Of a stretch of 64,000 nucleotides of DNA, positions 1 to 12,296 are shown piece by piece. Below the pieces are notes generated by a model. That model did no database searches. It was not told the DNA's origin and worked only from the letters and a program-made list of their open reading frames with translations. The translations under genes and the position numbers were made by a program. Every line of letters starts with the position of its first letter. The stretch's first letter is position 1. This DNA is from Eledone cirrhosa (lineage: Eukaryota), in assembly GCA_964016885.1 (NCBI GenBank), contig OZ024744.1, positions 85,188,001 to 85,252,000 on the forward strand. The letters are read 5' to 3'.

Positions 1-93
1 GCCTATATATATATTTATATATATATATATATATATATAGGCAAGAAAATACCAAAAATAATCTATATAAATATATATATATATATATATAAA

Positions 94-124
<31 letters not shown>

Positions 125-486
125 TTTCTTTTTCCTTTTCCTCATCCCGCTTTTTTCTCCCGCCATGACAGACTGAGACATGAGGAGAATGGCGTTGCTC
201 TAACGCCATCTTATGCCAATCGCTTCCTCAAAAGATTGCCATGTCTGTTGTACGCCGTGCGGATATTTAATGGTGTAGTTAGTCTTATTTTTGCAACAGA
301 GAGCTCCACTTTCAACCTACTCTTACATTCAATTCAAATGCTGGTGAAATGACATCACAAAAGACCGCTTCGCTATGGGCATGAATCGGTCTTGATGAGC
401 CGGTATCACAGCCGCGTCGGTTTACGTTTCTATACGGTTATATTATATTATATGTTTTATATATCTCGTATGGACTGGTTCCCAAC

Positions 487-489
<3 letters not shown>

Positions 490-533
<44 letters not shown>

Positions 534-536
534 ATG

Positions 537-568
<32 letters not shown>

Positions 569-666
569 TGTATGTATGTATGTATGTATGTATGTATGTA
601 TGTATGTATTTATGTATGTATGTATGTATGTATGTATTTATTTATGTAGGTTAGTACGTATAAATG

Positions 667-728
<62 letters not shown>

Positions 729-746
729 AATGTGTGTGTATATATA

Positions 747-810
<64 letters not shown>

Positions 811-834
811 TATATATATATATACGTATATATA

Positions 835-893
<59 letters not shown>

Positions 894-894
894 T

Positions 895-947
<53 letters not shown>

Positions 948-970
948 GTAAATATATATATACACACATT

Positions 971-1034
<64 letters not shown>

Positions 1035-1054
1035 TATATATATATATACGTATA

Positions 1055-1135
<81 letters not shown>
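490..1135. repeat. (TA)n/(TATG)n compound microsatellite with internally duplicated interruptions
   Basis: Visible TA and TATG runs. Interruption blocks ttcatatatatatatatacgtatatatatgtgtg (~807, ~1031) and tacacacattcacata (~885, ~961) recur. Confidence 0.95.
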
Positions 1136-1303
1136 TGTACAATGAGCGCCTTGATAAAGTCAGATAGACAAAGATTGATATAGCTAAAGCATCTACACAC
1201 ATATATATTTACACACACGCGCATATATATACACATATATATATATATATACATACATATATATTTAGATGTATAATTACATACATACATACATACATGC
1301 ATG

Positions 1304-1335
<32 letters not shown>

Positions 1336-1380
1336 CATACATTCATACATTGTTACACACATACATACACACATACATAC

Positions 1381-1411
<31 letters not shown>

Positions 1412-1465
1412 CATACATACATACATACATACATACATACATACATACATACATACATGCATACA

Positions 1466-1685
1466 TTGTGGCTGCCACTAGTTTTCGAGTACGACCACTA
1501 CTTTATATCCATGTAGGAAAACCCCTACCGATGCGCTGAACGAGTGTGACTTTTTAGTCCAGCTAGCGACTTGAAAACTCTGGTACAAACACTACACTTG
1601 TGACAATTATTGACAAATAGTGCTGGGCCCATGGTACCATGTGAGGACAAGTGCAGAGAGATCTCCAGATATAAAGCAATGCCTA
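1466..1685 (-). mobile_element. 3' end fragment of an RTE-clade LINE (C-terminal C2H2-like motif, short 3'UTR, (ATGT)n tail)
   Basis: Minus strand reads CHKCSVCTRVFKSLAGLKSHTRSAHR*, like the CxxC..F.S..GL.SH.R.H ending of RTE ORFs. It is followed by ~70 nt of UTR and a TATG tract. Second copy at 9040-9270. Confidence 0.6.
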
Positions 1686-1820
1686 AATACATAAATACAT
1701 ACATACACACATACATACATACATACATACATACATAAATATCATACATACATACATACATACTTACATACATACATAAATACATACATACATACATACA
1801 TACATACATACATACATACA

Positions 1821-4800
1821 AAACTTGTGGGCTCCCTACAAGTGATATGGAATGATATGTTTCAAGAGATACACAGCCTTAATGTGAGTGACAGACCATA
1901 CAACACTAGAGTCAGTAAAGAACCCACTAAATTGGAATTGGAAGCGGTGAACGAAATAGCTGGCAATTATCTGAAGGCTATACGATCTAAAGGTGTAGAA
2001 ACGACATTTGAAACGCTTAATGTTTTGTTATATGTTTCAGCTGTCACATTGCTAGCATATAACACACATCTAAAACCACGCAATCAAGATACAAACAGAA
2101 AGCCTGAACCAGCGTGGATGCGAAATTTAAAAACCAAAATATTGTCCCTGAGACGAAGTATCTCACACATCGCAGTCGTTATGAAATGCAACATAGAGAG
2201 CAACTTCACACAACACCAGGAAGACCTAAAGAAAAAGTTAGAGAGAAGATTTGGAGATACAAAATTTAAAACTTTGAACTCCAAATTACACCAGTTGAAA
2301 CAACAACTCACAGCTACAACAGAAAGACTAAAATATAAGTCAACAGCACATAAACGACAAGTGCTAAATAGATTGTTTGCCAGAGATCCTAAATCAGTTT
2401 ATCGCAGCTTCGGTGGCAAAAGCTCAATCTCTGTAAATGACACCCCTTCAAAAGAACAGGTTGAGAGCTACTGGAGATCTGTATGGGAAACGGATGACGG
2501 ATTCAACAGACAAGCTAATTGGCTAAAAGAACTGGAACAGGACTACTGCCAACATGTCCAGACAAAACAATATGACATAGATGGGTCAATACTGGAAACA
2601 GCTCTACAGAAAATGTCGAATAGGAAATCGCCAGGCCCAGACCTCATTACAGGATACTGGTTGAAGAATTTCACTTTCTATCGGCAAGATCTCATACGGC
2701 TGTTTACAGAAACCATTAAAGGCACACAAGAACTGCCCAGATGGTTATCAACTGCCTCTACTCTCCTCATTCCCAAAAATAGCCAAACCACCCTTGCTAA
2801 AAATTACCGCCCAATTGCCTGCCAAAACATCATGTATAAATTATATACTGGGTGCCTTAACCTGTTCTTACAGGATCACTGTGCTACCAACAACATCATA
2901 ACACCTGAGCAAGCTGGTGGAAAGAGGGAGGTGTGGGGTTGCATAGATCACCTACTAACTAACAAAATGATTCAGGAAAAAACAACAAAGAATCGCAGAA
3001 ACATGACTGTCGTGTGGCTGGACTATCAAAAAGCATTTGATAGTGTACCTCATGGGTGGATTGTTAAGGCTTTACAGTTAGCTAAAGTCCCACAACCATT
3101 GGTAGCTGCTGTTGAACGCCTGACCAAGAACTGGTACACCAGTTTGATCCTTAGAGGTGAGAAGGAGCAGGTTAGGACTGATAAGATACATTACCAGAAG
3201 GGCATCTTTCAGGGTGATAGCTTGTCGGTGCTACTCTTCGTTCTCTCACTGAATCCACTATCTTACCTACTCAGGAAACAAGGTCGACAAAGAAGTGGGA
3301 CCAGAAGTATCTCCCATCTTTTCTTTGTTGATGACCTGAAGTTGTATGGGCCAAATATCAATGACATCAAGAAACAATTGGACCTCATTACACAATTTTC
3401 AACCGACATCAAAATGAAATTTGGTGAGTCCAAGTGTGCATATTTGGCAGTAAAACGTGGAAGAGCTGTGCCCTCCTCTAGAAATCTAGAGATGAACGGC
3501 CTGACAATACAACCTCTGCAGTCAGGTGACAACTACAGATATCTTGGACAGGATGAGAATGTCAGATATGATGGACCCATAAATAAGGAGAAAACCAGAA
3601 CTGAATACCTCAGAAGAGTAAAGAAAATATGGTCATCAGAACTGTCAGCATACAACAAATACATTGCCCACAATACTTATGCTGTGCCAATTCTAACGCC
3701 AACATTTGGCCTACTGAACTGGTCATTGCAAGAACTAAGTGAGATGGATGTTAGAACTCGAAAACTTCTCAGTGTTACTGGGAACTTTAACATCAATGGT
3801 GATGTGGATAGGCTATACTTCTCACGCAAGGAAGGTGGCCGGGGTCTAAAATCAATATTAACAACATATGAGACCCGGATAGTGACACTGAAGCAACACC
3901 TTCAACAGAGGAAAAAGGTTGGCAACCATCTTGCCCAGGTTTATGACCATGAAAAAAGAAATATCATTAGAATAGCGACTGATCTGGAGGAGAGATATGG
4001 AATAAAGCCCGATATAAATCTCTCACCCAGAGAAATCGGAAGATCCTATTCAATGTTCAAACAAGAAAAAAAAATTGACCAATTTACAGAAAAAGTTGTG
4101 CATGGATACTTGAGGCGTAAAACACAGACCATAGAGGGGATAAACCACTCAAAAAGCCTGGCATGGAGTTCCGACAAGTTTATGACATCACACCTTGAGG
4201 GATATCTCTATGCAATACAGGAACAAGAACTCCCTACCAAATATCTGCTGCACAAAAGAGGAGGGCCAGCAGCTGACAATAAATGTAGGCTATGTAAAAC
4301 AAAGATCGAGGATGTAAGCCACATTGTTGCCAGCTGCGAAAGAATGTCATCTCGCTACTACCTCCCCATGAGACACGATGGGATAGCTAGAACCATCTGG
4401 AACGCACTTCGGAAAACAAAATTAACAACAAACGAGGAAGAATATATTGAGACAGATGGCACTAAGGAATACTGGTGGAACCTGAAAATAAAAACTGCCA
4501 CCAGATTAAAGCACAACCGGCCTGATATTGTAGTTTGGGACCACACATTGAAAACGTGTTCTGTTGTGGAGATCAGCTGCCCACTTGATGTAAACGTTGT
4601 CAGAAAAATACAGGAGAAGGAGGACATCTACGGACCATTGATGAGGAGTTTACAAATCCAGTATCCAAGATACACCTTTAGCTTCATACCCATCATTATT
4701 GGTGCTACGGGTTATATACCAACCCGCTTGGACCAAAGTATGACTGAACTTGGATTTGCGGACAAAAAGCGCAGCTCCCTAATTCATAGTCTACAAATGG

Positions 4801-4936
4801 CTGCGATAGCTGGCACCTTCAAAATTTGCAAAACATTCTTGCGATTCAAGGGATGACAATTTCTTTTCTTTTACAACCTTGCCACCAGGAAGGTGGCCGG
4901 TCAAAAAAATATACTCAAAATTAAGAGAAAGAGAAA
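1821..4936 (+). mobile_element. R4/Dong-clade non-LTR retrotransposon, 5'-truncated, inserted in (TACA)n
   Basis: TACA tracts on both sides, an RT-RLE ORF, and a short 3'UTR containing the hairpin gccacc-aggaa-ggtggc. Confidence 0.85.
1827..4856 (+). CDS. Reverse transcriptase + CCHC knuckle + restriction-like endonuclease polyprotein (R4/Dong type)
   Basis: Uninterrupted 1009-codon ORF. RT motifs KSPGPD, NYRPIAC, WLDYQKAFDSVPH, GIFQGDSLS, LFFVDDLKLY, YRYLG; knuckle CRLCKTKIEDVSHIVASC; RLE motifs RHD, RPDIVVWD, VEISCP. Non-ATG start suggests 5' truncation. Confidence 0.93.
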   Translation: MGSLQVIWNDMFQEIHSLNVSDRPYNTRVSKEPTKLELEAVNEIAGNYLKAIRSKGVETTFETLNVLLYVSAVTLLAYNTHLKPRNQDTNRKPEPAWMRNLKTKILSLRRSISHIAVVMKCNIESNFTQHQEDLKKKLERRFGDTKFKTLNSKLHQLKQQLTATTERLKYKSTAHKRQVLNRLFARDPKSVYRSFGGKSSISVNDTPSKEQVESYWRSVWETDDGFNRQANWLKELEQDYCQHVQTKQYDIDGSILETALQKMSNRKSPGPDLITGYWLKNFTFYRQDLIRLFTETIKGTQELPRWLSTASTLLIPKNSQTTLAKNYRPIACQNIMYKLYTGCLNLFLQDHCATNNIITPEQAGGKREVWGCIDHLLTNKMIQEKTTKNRRNMTVVWLDYQKAFDSVPHGWIVKALQLAKVPQPLVAAVERLTKNWYTSLILRGEKEQVRTDKIHYQKGIFQGDSLSVLLFVLSLNPLSYLLRKQGRQRSGTRSISHLFFVDDLKLYGPNINDIKKQLDLITQFSTDIKMKFGESKCAYLAVKRGRAVPSSRNLEMNGLTIQPLQSGDNYRYLGQDENVRYDGPINKEKTRTEYLRRVKKIWSSELSAYNKYIAHNTYAVPILTPTFGLLNWSLQELSEMDVRTRKLLSVTGNFNINGDVDRLYFSRKEGGRGLKSILTTYETRIVTLKQHLQQRKKVGNHLAQVYDHEKRNIIRIATDLEERYGIKPDINLSPREIGRSYSMFKQEKKIDQFTEKVVHGYLRRKTQTIEGINHSKSLAWSSDKFMTSHLEGYLYAIQEQELPTKYLLHKRGGPAADNKCRLCKTKIEDVSHIVASCERMSSRYYLPMRHDGIARTIWNALRKTKLTTNEEEYIETDGTKEYWWNLKIKTATRLKHNRPDIVVWDHTLKTCSVVEISCPLDVNVVRKIQEKEDIYGPLMRSLQIQYPRYTFSFIPIIIGATGYIPTRLDQSMTELGFADKKRSSLIHSLQMAAIAGTFKICKTFLRFKG

Positions 4937-4984
4937 ACATACATACTTACATACGTACACTCATACACACATACATACAACCGC

Positions 4985-5690
4985 TATATTGGCTCCCTCT
5001 TTGAAGGATACGCTTTTGCAATCCAGGAACAGAAGATTAACACGAAATACCTGATTCACAAAAGGGATAGGCAAAACACCTAGATGTGATAACAAGTGCA
5101 GACTCTGCAGAACTAACATCGAGGATATCACCCATGTCATCAGCAGCTGTCCAAAGATGGCATCGCGGTACTATCTACCTATGAGGCATGATGTAGTGGC
5201 TAAAACACTGTACAATGCAGTTCGTAAAAAAGATAGCCCCGATAATAAACACATTAAAAGCTACAACAGTGTGGAAGACATCCATATACATAATATGAAA
5301 GAGTACTGGTGGAATGTTCCAGTAAACACCCCAATAAAATGCAGGCATAACAGACCAGATATTATGATATGGGACAGGGAGAAGAAAGCATGCACAGTAG
5401 TGGAAGTTAGCTGCCCAGCAGATGCCAATATAATATCAACGATTAGCGAAAAGGAGAATATTTATGCAGAACTAATGAGAAATCTGCAGATACTCCACCC
5501 TGATTACACCTTCAGATTTATGCCTGTGATTATTGGGGCACTGGGCTATGTTAGTAACTGCCTCAATACAAATCTTGAGAAGTTAGGCTTCACAGGAACA
5601 GAAAGAACACAACTAGTTAGGAAATTACAAGTACAATCCATTAATGAAACAGTAAAAATATGTAAAACATTCCAAAAATATTGCATCTAA
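4985..5690 (+). pseudogene. 3' fragment of a second R4/Dong-family element (knuckle + RLE)
   Basis: FEGYAFAIQEQ, CRLCRTNIEDITHVISSC, RYYLPMRHD, RPDIMIWD, VEVSCP. Homologous to the C-terminus of the 1827-4856 ORF and flanked by TACA tracts. Confidence 0.88.
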
Positions 5691-5964
5691 TACTTGCATA
5701 TACACATGTACATATACAAAGCATATACATACATATATACATACATACATTGTTACATTCATATACACATACATACATACACACATACATACATACATAC
5801 ATACATACATACATACATACATACATACATACATACATACATACATACATACATACAGACATACATACTTACATGCATATATATATATACATACATACAT
5901 ACACACATACATACATACAAACATATATATATACATACATTCATACATACATACTTACATACAT

Positions 5965-6579
5965 AACTGGATATTCTTCTAACTATATCTTCTGAAGACA
6001 CCTTTTATTCGAATTCGTACAGATATCCGACTAAATACATAATTGATTTTACAAGGATTTGCTACAAACAGCATGGCTGAACAAAACAACAACAACAAAA
6101 TTAAGGCAGTATCGAAGACAAACAACAAGAAAGGTAAACAAACTTTATTCAGTTGTAGCTACAGAAGAAACCTAAATTATAAATGGCATTTCTCTCGGAG
6201 TTGCGAACTTAATAATGATTTATTTAATTGTTATAAAATGGCAAAAAACAATCCCTCCATTGGCTATATGAACAGAATGAAGCTACACTGGGACGAAATA
6301 CACCCAGAACTAAATTATTTCACAGCGAAACAATTACGCCAACAAGCGACGTTTGTTGAACGTAAAAATAAGATAAATAGTATTAATTGTAAGTCCCCCA
6401 CAACAAACATGGAATCAACAACACGTGCTACAGGGGGCCATGCTACTAGACTTCCTAGCAGCCAGGTCGAACAGCGCCTTGAAACAACTATGCCTGTAAG
6501 AAACTTGACACCACCTGTACCATATAAGTCTACCTCGAATGCTGGGTAAAACACTATCGATTATAATAATGATCGAAGA

Positions 6580-6630
<51 letters not shown>

Positions 6631-8990
6631 TGAAGAAATTTGACACCACGTGTACCATCCGAGTCTACCTCGACTGTTGTGGAAAATACTATCGATAATG
6701 ATAATAATCAAAAGTATAAACAACTGAAAATTTCCCTCAACGAAATCTTCCAGAGAGAAATTAATTCATTTTAAATATCTCTCTTGCTGAACGTATTAAA
6801 ACAACAATGTTTAATAAAAAAAAAAAAATAATGGAATATTACGTGCTATTGACGAAATAGGGGATGAATATTTACGACAGATAAAAATCCCAACATTTTG
6901 GCAAATCAACGCCTGTTTATATGTCTTAGCAACGACAGTGAAGCATTATATTGGTGATAGCAGAGATATTAACAAGAACAGAACACCACCAAAAATACCA
7001 TCATATATAACTAAAATAGAAAAAAAGATTGCTGACCTACGAAAAACCATAGGCTATGTGACAATGCTCCATACATGCAAACAAACACAAAAAAACCTCA
7101 CTCCTCACCAACAAAGAGTGAAAAATAAAAATAGAGACGATGTTTGGTAACAGTCGAACCAGAACTTTCCAACATAAGTTAATCACCCTCAAACAAGAAT
7201 TGAGAGCTGTTAGCGAAAAACGCCGATACCTGAAGAAGGTAGATGAGAGAAAAGTGCTTAATAAAAGATTCAGACGAAACCAAACATCAGTCTATAGAGA
7301 TATGAAGGGCAAAATAATAAGTGTCACTGAGGCCCCATCCCAGAAAGACATAGATTCCTTTTGGAGCAAAATATGGGGTGAAAAGTAGAATTTCAACCAA
7401 AATGCAGTGTGGCTAAGAGAAATCCGAAAGAACTATTGCTCCTACACTACAACAAAAACATACGAAACAAGTGAGGGTAACCTTGAGACTGTGATATGAT
7501 AACTCCAAGATAAGAAAACACCAGGAAGAGGCATGATTGTCGGCTACTGGTACAAAAAACTGATATTCTATCGGAGGTATCTTACTGACCTCTACCAACA
7601 AGTTCTTAAGGGAGATACACTTATACCAGAATGGTTGACATTAGCACAAACATTACTGGACCCCAAGAACAAAGACACCCACTTGGCAAAAAGCTACCGA
7701 CCCATTGCCTGCCAGAACTTGATGTATAAGATGTATAAAGCCTGGCTGAACCTATTTCTCCAAGATCACTGTAAAAGTAATAACATCATCACAGATGTAG
7801 AAACAGCTGGAAAGAAAGGGGTTTGGGGATGTGCTGAACAACTAATCAACAAAACTGCGATGTCGGAGGTGCGACAACTTTGGAGGACTATGGCTACAGT
7901 TTGGCTGTACTACAGGAAAGCTTTCGATTCTGTTCCCCACTCTTGGATGATAGAGGCCCTCCAACTTGCTAAACTCCCAGACATTATTGTCAGAGTCATA
8001 GAGAGGCTGTCTTCTTCTTGGGCTACTATCCTAAGGTTAAAGACAGAGAGGGAGGACTCTATTTTCACTGATAAAATAAAATATGTCACGGGTATATTTC
8101 AGGGGGACAGTCTCTCTGTGATATTATTCATCTTGTCATTAAACCCCTTGTCCTTTCTGCTCAAGAAATGTGAGGAATACATCATTGGCTCATAGGAGGA
8201 CAGAAATACGAACCTGACCCATAATTTCTTTGTGGACAATCTGAAACTCTATGCCAAGAACATGGATGGGATGAAGAAAAATCTTGACCTGGTTACAACG
8301 TTCTCAAAGGATATAGGAATGGAGTTTGGCCAAGATAAATGCTCATACATGACTGTAAAGCGGGGGAAAACAACAACCCAATCTAGCAACATTGTCATCA
8401 ATGGCCTAACTGTTTCACCAATATCTGATGAGGACTGCTACAGATACCTGGGGATAGATGAGAACATATCCTATAATGGTATATGTAGTAAAGAACGCGT
8501 AACCAGAGAATACTACACCCGATTAAGAAAGATCTGGTCATCGGAACGCTCTGCGCAAAACTAAACAGTGGCTCACAATGTGTTTGCTGTGCCTGTCCTA
8601 ACACCAACGTTTGGAATACTCAATTGGACGATAGACGAAATCCGAGCAGTTGATGTTGGAACTAGAAAAATACTAAACAACACCGGAAACTTCCACATCA
8701 ACAGTGACATAGACCGCCTTTACTTGAAACGTAAGCAGGGAGGCAGAGGCCTAACATCAGTCCAGACAACATTTGAATGTCGCATCATATCTCTCCTACA
8801 ACATCTACGAACCTCGAAGCGTAGGAGGCTTTTTCTCGAACAAGTCTATCTGCATGAAACAGATAAGATTATGAGAGTTGGGAAGGAACTCATCGAGAGA
8901 TATTCCCTGTGTGAGAGAGTCTTGTGTTTATGTTAGAAACCGACTCTCTCTCTATTGGGAAAATATTGTGAAATTATAAAACCAGAAGAA
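5965..8990 (+). pseudogene. Degenerate R4/Dong element (N-terminus + RT, stops and frameshifts, 3'-truncated)
   Basis: ORF pieces 6043-6549 (GYMNRMKLHWDEIHP), 7140-7388, 7533-8195 (YRPIACQN, KAFDSVPH, GIFQGDSLS), 8232-8564 (DNLKLY, YRYLG) and 8568-8936 (GGRGL). The RT-region pieces align in order with 1827-4856. Confidence 0.88.
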
Positions 8991-9039
8991 CATACACACT
9001 TACACACACACATATACACATACATATATACATACATAC

Positions 9040-9270
9040 ATGGTGGCTGACAACTCGTTTTCGAGTACGGCCACTACTTTATATCCATGTAGGAGAACCT
9101 CTACCGATGCTCTGAACGAGTGTGACTTTTTAGTCCAGCCAGCGACTTGAAAACTCTGGTACAAACACTACACTTGTGACAATTACTGACACATAGTGCT
9201 TGGCCCATGGTACCATGTGACGACAAGTACAGAGAGATCTCGATATAAAGCAATGCCTGTGCCGTGAAGC
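9040..9270 (-). mobile_element. Second RTE 3' end fragment with TATG tail
   Basis: Near-identical to 1466-1685; reads CSVCTRVFKSLAGLKSHTRSEHR*. Confidence 0.6.
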
Positions 9271-9624
9271 TTATGCAAACATACGTACATACATACATAC
9301 ATGCATACACGCATACATACAAACATACATACATACACACATGCATACATGCATACATACATACATGCATACATGCATACAAATATACATACATAAATAC
9401 ACACATGCATACATGCATACAAACATGCATACATGCATACATACACACATGCATACATGCATACACACACACATACACACATACATAAATATATAGATAT
9501 ATGATGGCTGCCCCCTCGTTATCAAGTATGGCCATTGCACGATATACTATTATTAATAATTATTAATTAATTCTATCTTGCAATGCTTGTGCATGAAGAT
9601 ATTTTTTAAAGTGAGGAAAGACTG

Positions 9625-9835
9625 TGCACTGAGCCAATCCCACTCTCTGAGTGACAGTAGCTATAACCCGAAAAGAAGAAAAGATCAACGTCATCAGTGA
9701 CTACTGAGCCGCAGGTTTTATATCGGAGTTATTCCAGTTTGCTGAGTTGCCTTCTCCTAGAAGAATGCCCTAACAAAGGCTAGGGGTCCTTCACTCCCAG
9801 TGGTTTAACTGCATGATCGGGTGTCCAGCCCGACT
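9625..9835 (-). mobile_element. Probable RTE-type LINE 5'-region remnant
   Basis: Shares blocks ccaatccca.tctctga and cgca.gttttatatc.gagt...cctt.tcctaga with 23697-23975. RTE assignment is from recalled similarity only. Confidence 0.3.
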
Positions 9836-10025
9836 ATTTCTATATCCACGCGCATATACATACACATTCATCCATGTATATACACATATACACATATGTA
9901 TATACACATACTTGATTGACTCTCTACATATTCATCTCGACCAATGCCTGTTCACCACAACTTCCAATCAAATTGCAATGCATTTCTATTGATCCCAATG
10001 ATAACATCTTAATTATACACCATGT

Positions 10026-10026
10026 T

Positions 10027-10065
<39 letters not shown>

Positions 10066-10270
10066 GTAGTAGTACTACTACTACCACCACCACCACCACC
10101 GCCACAACCATCCCTCCACCATCACCACCACTATTGCTACTACTACTACCACCACCACCACCACCACCACTACAACCACCACAATCACCACTACCAACAC
10201 TACTACTACTACTACCACCACCACCACCACCATAACCGCCACCACCACCACCACCACTACTACTACTGGC
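10026..10270. repeat. (CTA)n/(CCA)n trinucleotide microsatellite
   Basis: Direct inspection. Confidence 0.9.
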
Positions 10271-10388
10271 AGTGTCGGTGGTGAGGTGGCGGTGGTAGTT
10301 TTCACTTCATATTTCGTTTCATTTAGTTTTTCCATTTATCAATATATATATATTATCTTTAATTCATTTACCAATGGTTTCTTATTAT

Positions 10389-10462
<74 letters not shown>

Positions 10463-10677
10463 TATGTATGAATACGTACATACATATATGTATACAGACG
10501 TACAGTAGTATGTATATATATACATACATGCACACATATATATATATGCACGTATCGGTTTACTGAACATTTATTATAATGCTCGGTTTGTTTGTTTGCA
10601 ACCAAACAAACAGCCCGAATTACACCGTACAGTGTTTAGGCAACCACGTCACCTTTTTGTTCAACACTGACACAGGA

Positions 10678-10720
10678 ACGATGTACTAGTTTCAAGCTTA
10701 TTAACTATCGTCAGCGTCGT
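10678..10720 (-). ncRNA. Type-I hammerhead ribozyme motif
   Basis: Minus strand: acgacg-CTGACGA-tagttaataagctt-GAAA-ctag-TA-catcgt. Confidence 0.65.
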
Positions 10721-11188
10721 ATACCTTCCTGCCAGATGGTTGAACGTCTGAAAGTATATACTTTCCGTATGCATATTAACGGCTGAGCAGCCTTATTTGA
10801 ACGAAAAGGTGACGTGGTTGCCTAAACACTGTACGGCGTAATTCGGAATGTTTGTTTGTTTGCAAACAAACAAACCGAGCATTATAATAAATGTTCAGTA
10901 AACTGCTACGTGCATATATATATATGTGTGCATGTATGTATATATATACATACTACTGTACGTCTGTATACATATATGTATGTACGTATACATACATACA
11001 TACTTACATTTAAGTAAGTACCGTACTAAGAGTGAGAAATGAAATTTCGTTTCATTCTATTCGATTTATCGTTTTCGGTGCGCCCGGCCGACTGAACTCA
11101 CTCGATATGCAAATTAGGCTGCTTAGCCGTTAATATGCATAAGGAAAGTATATACTTTCAGACGTTCAACCATCTGGCAGGAAGGTAT

Positions 11189-11231
11189 ACGATGCTGACG
11201 ATAGCTAATAAGCTTGGAACTAGTACATCGT
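11189..11231 (+). ncRNA. Type-I hammerhead motif (GAAA mutated to GGAA)
   Basis: acgatg-CTGACGA-tagctaataagctt-GGAA-ctag-TA-catcgt; perfect 6-bp helix I. Confidence 0.55.
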
Positions 11232-11514
11232 TCCTGTGTCAGTGTTGAACAAAAAGGTGACGTGGTTGCCTAAACACTGTACGGCGTAATTCGGGCTGTT
11301 TGTTTGTTTGCAAACAAACAAACCGACCATTATAATAAATGTTCAGTAAACCGATACGTGCATATATATATATATGTGCGTGTATGTATATATATACATA
11401 CTGCTGTACGTCTGTATACATATATGTATGTACGTATACATATATACATACTTACATTTAAGTAAGTGCCGTACTAAGAGTGAGAAATGAAATTTCGTTT
11501 CATTCTATTCCATT

Positions 11515-11547
<33 letters not shown>

Positions 11548-11664
11548 ACAAGCACACATTTGTATATTATGTATATATATATATACACAATTGTATATTA
11601 TATGTATACTATATATATATATAATATATATATATGTGTGTGTGTGTGTGTATTTATGTATATA

Positions 11665-12009
11665 CAGTATTCCCACGGGTAGAGCACCCCCCGAAGAGCG
11701 AAAAACTGCGAATATTGGACGTGGTCCATAAAAATACCTATAAATGTCGACATATACCGTAAAATATAAAAAGAGAGGAAGCGTCTAATGCGAAGGTGCA
11801 TCCAATAGGCCAGAGAAAACAGTATATTGTTTCTATGATATTTTAGCGTTAAAAAGATATATATAGTGCCACGAAGAAAAAACATTAAAAAAATCGCGGA
11901 AGATATTTACGATTCCGCGAATATGCGCTGGTTTGCACGTACGATTGTTCGTTAGGTTCTAATGAAAATTCTGCGAATGACCGGGACCGTGAATACTGGG
12001 GATACACTG
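11665..12009. mobile_element. Tc1/mariner (pogo/Tigger-like) MITE
   Basis: TA|cagtattccc ... ggggatacactg|TA ends, internal cgcgaa/tgcgaa repeats, no ORF. Confidence 0.5.
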
Positions 12010-12154
12010 TATATATATATATATATATTAGTATATCAGTAATTGTTTTCTGTTATATGAGTTTAAGAGTTTGAGTAACCTGGATCAAAGACTGTCTGTG
12101 CATACAGTCGTTTCTAACTCAACATATTACTGAAACATATGTAAAGATTATGAA

Positions 12155-12296
12155 ATGAATCTCCTTGTAGAGGTGTGTCCTATATATATATATATAGGAC
12201 ACACCTGTACAAGGAGATTCATATATATATATATATAGGACACACCTGTACAAGGAGATTCATATATATATATATATACACACCTGTACAAGGAGA

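Larger units (their letters stand above)
10460..11512. mobile_element. Non-coding repeat in nested inverted copies carrying an HHR (probable non-autonomous PLE)
   Basis: 10460-10793 is the reverse complement of ~11116-11455, and 10797-11005 is a second inverted partial copy. Fragments also at ~23990-24115 and ~26703-26765. Confidence 0.65.

Noticed and set aside
345-405. atga..aaaa..tgatga hairpin as a SECIS element or hammerhead
   Set aside because: Spacing does not fit a SECIS, there is no CUGANGA/GAAA pair, and no associated ORF.
534-1516. Long ORFs such as YIYIYI, MYVC and HTYI (also at 5.6, 9.1, 10, 18.8, 28.8 and 46.3 kb)
   Set aside because: Translations of TA/TATG/CA/CT microsatellites, open in multiple frames on both strands.
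1525-1640. C2H2 zinc-finger host gene exon
   Set aside because: A single finger directly before a stop, duplicated at 9.1 kb and followed by a repeat tail; fits a LINE 3' end.
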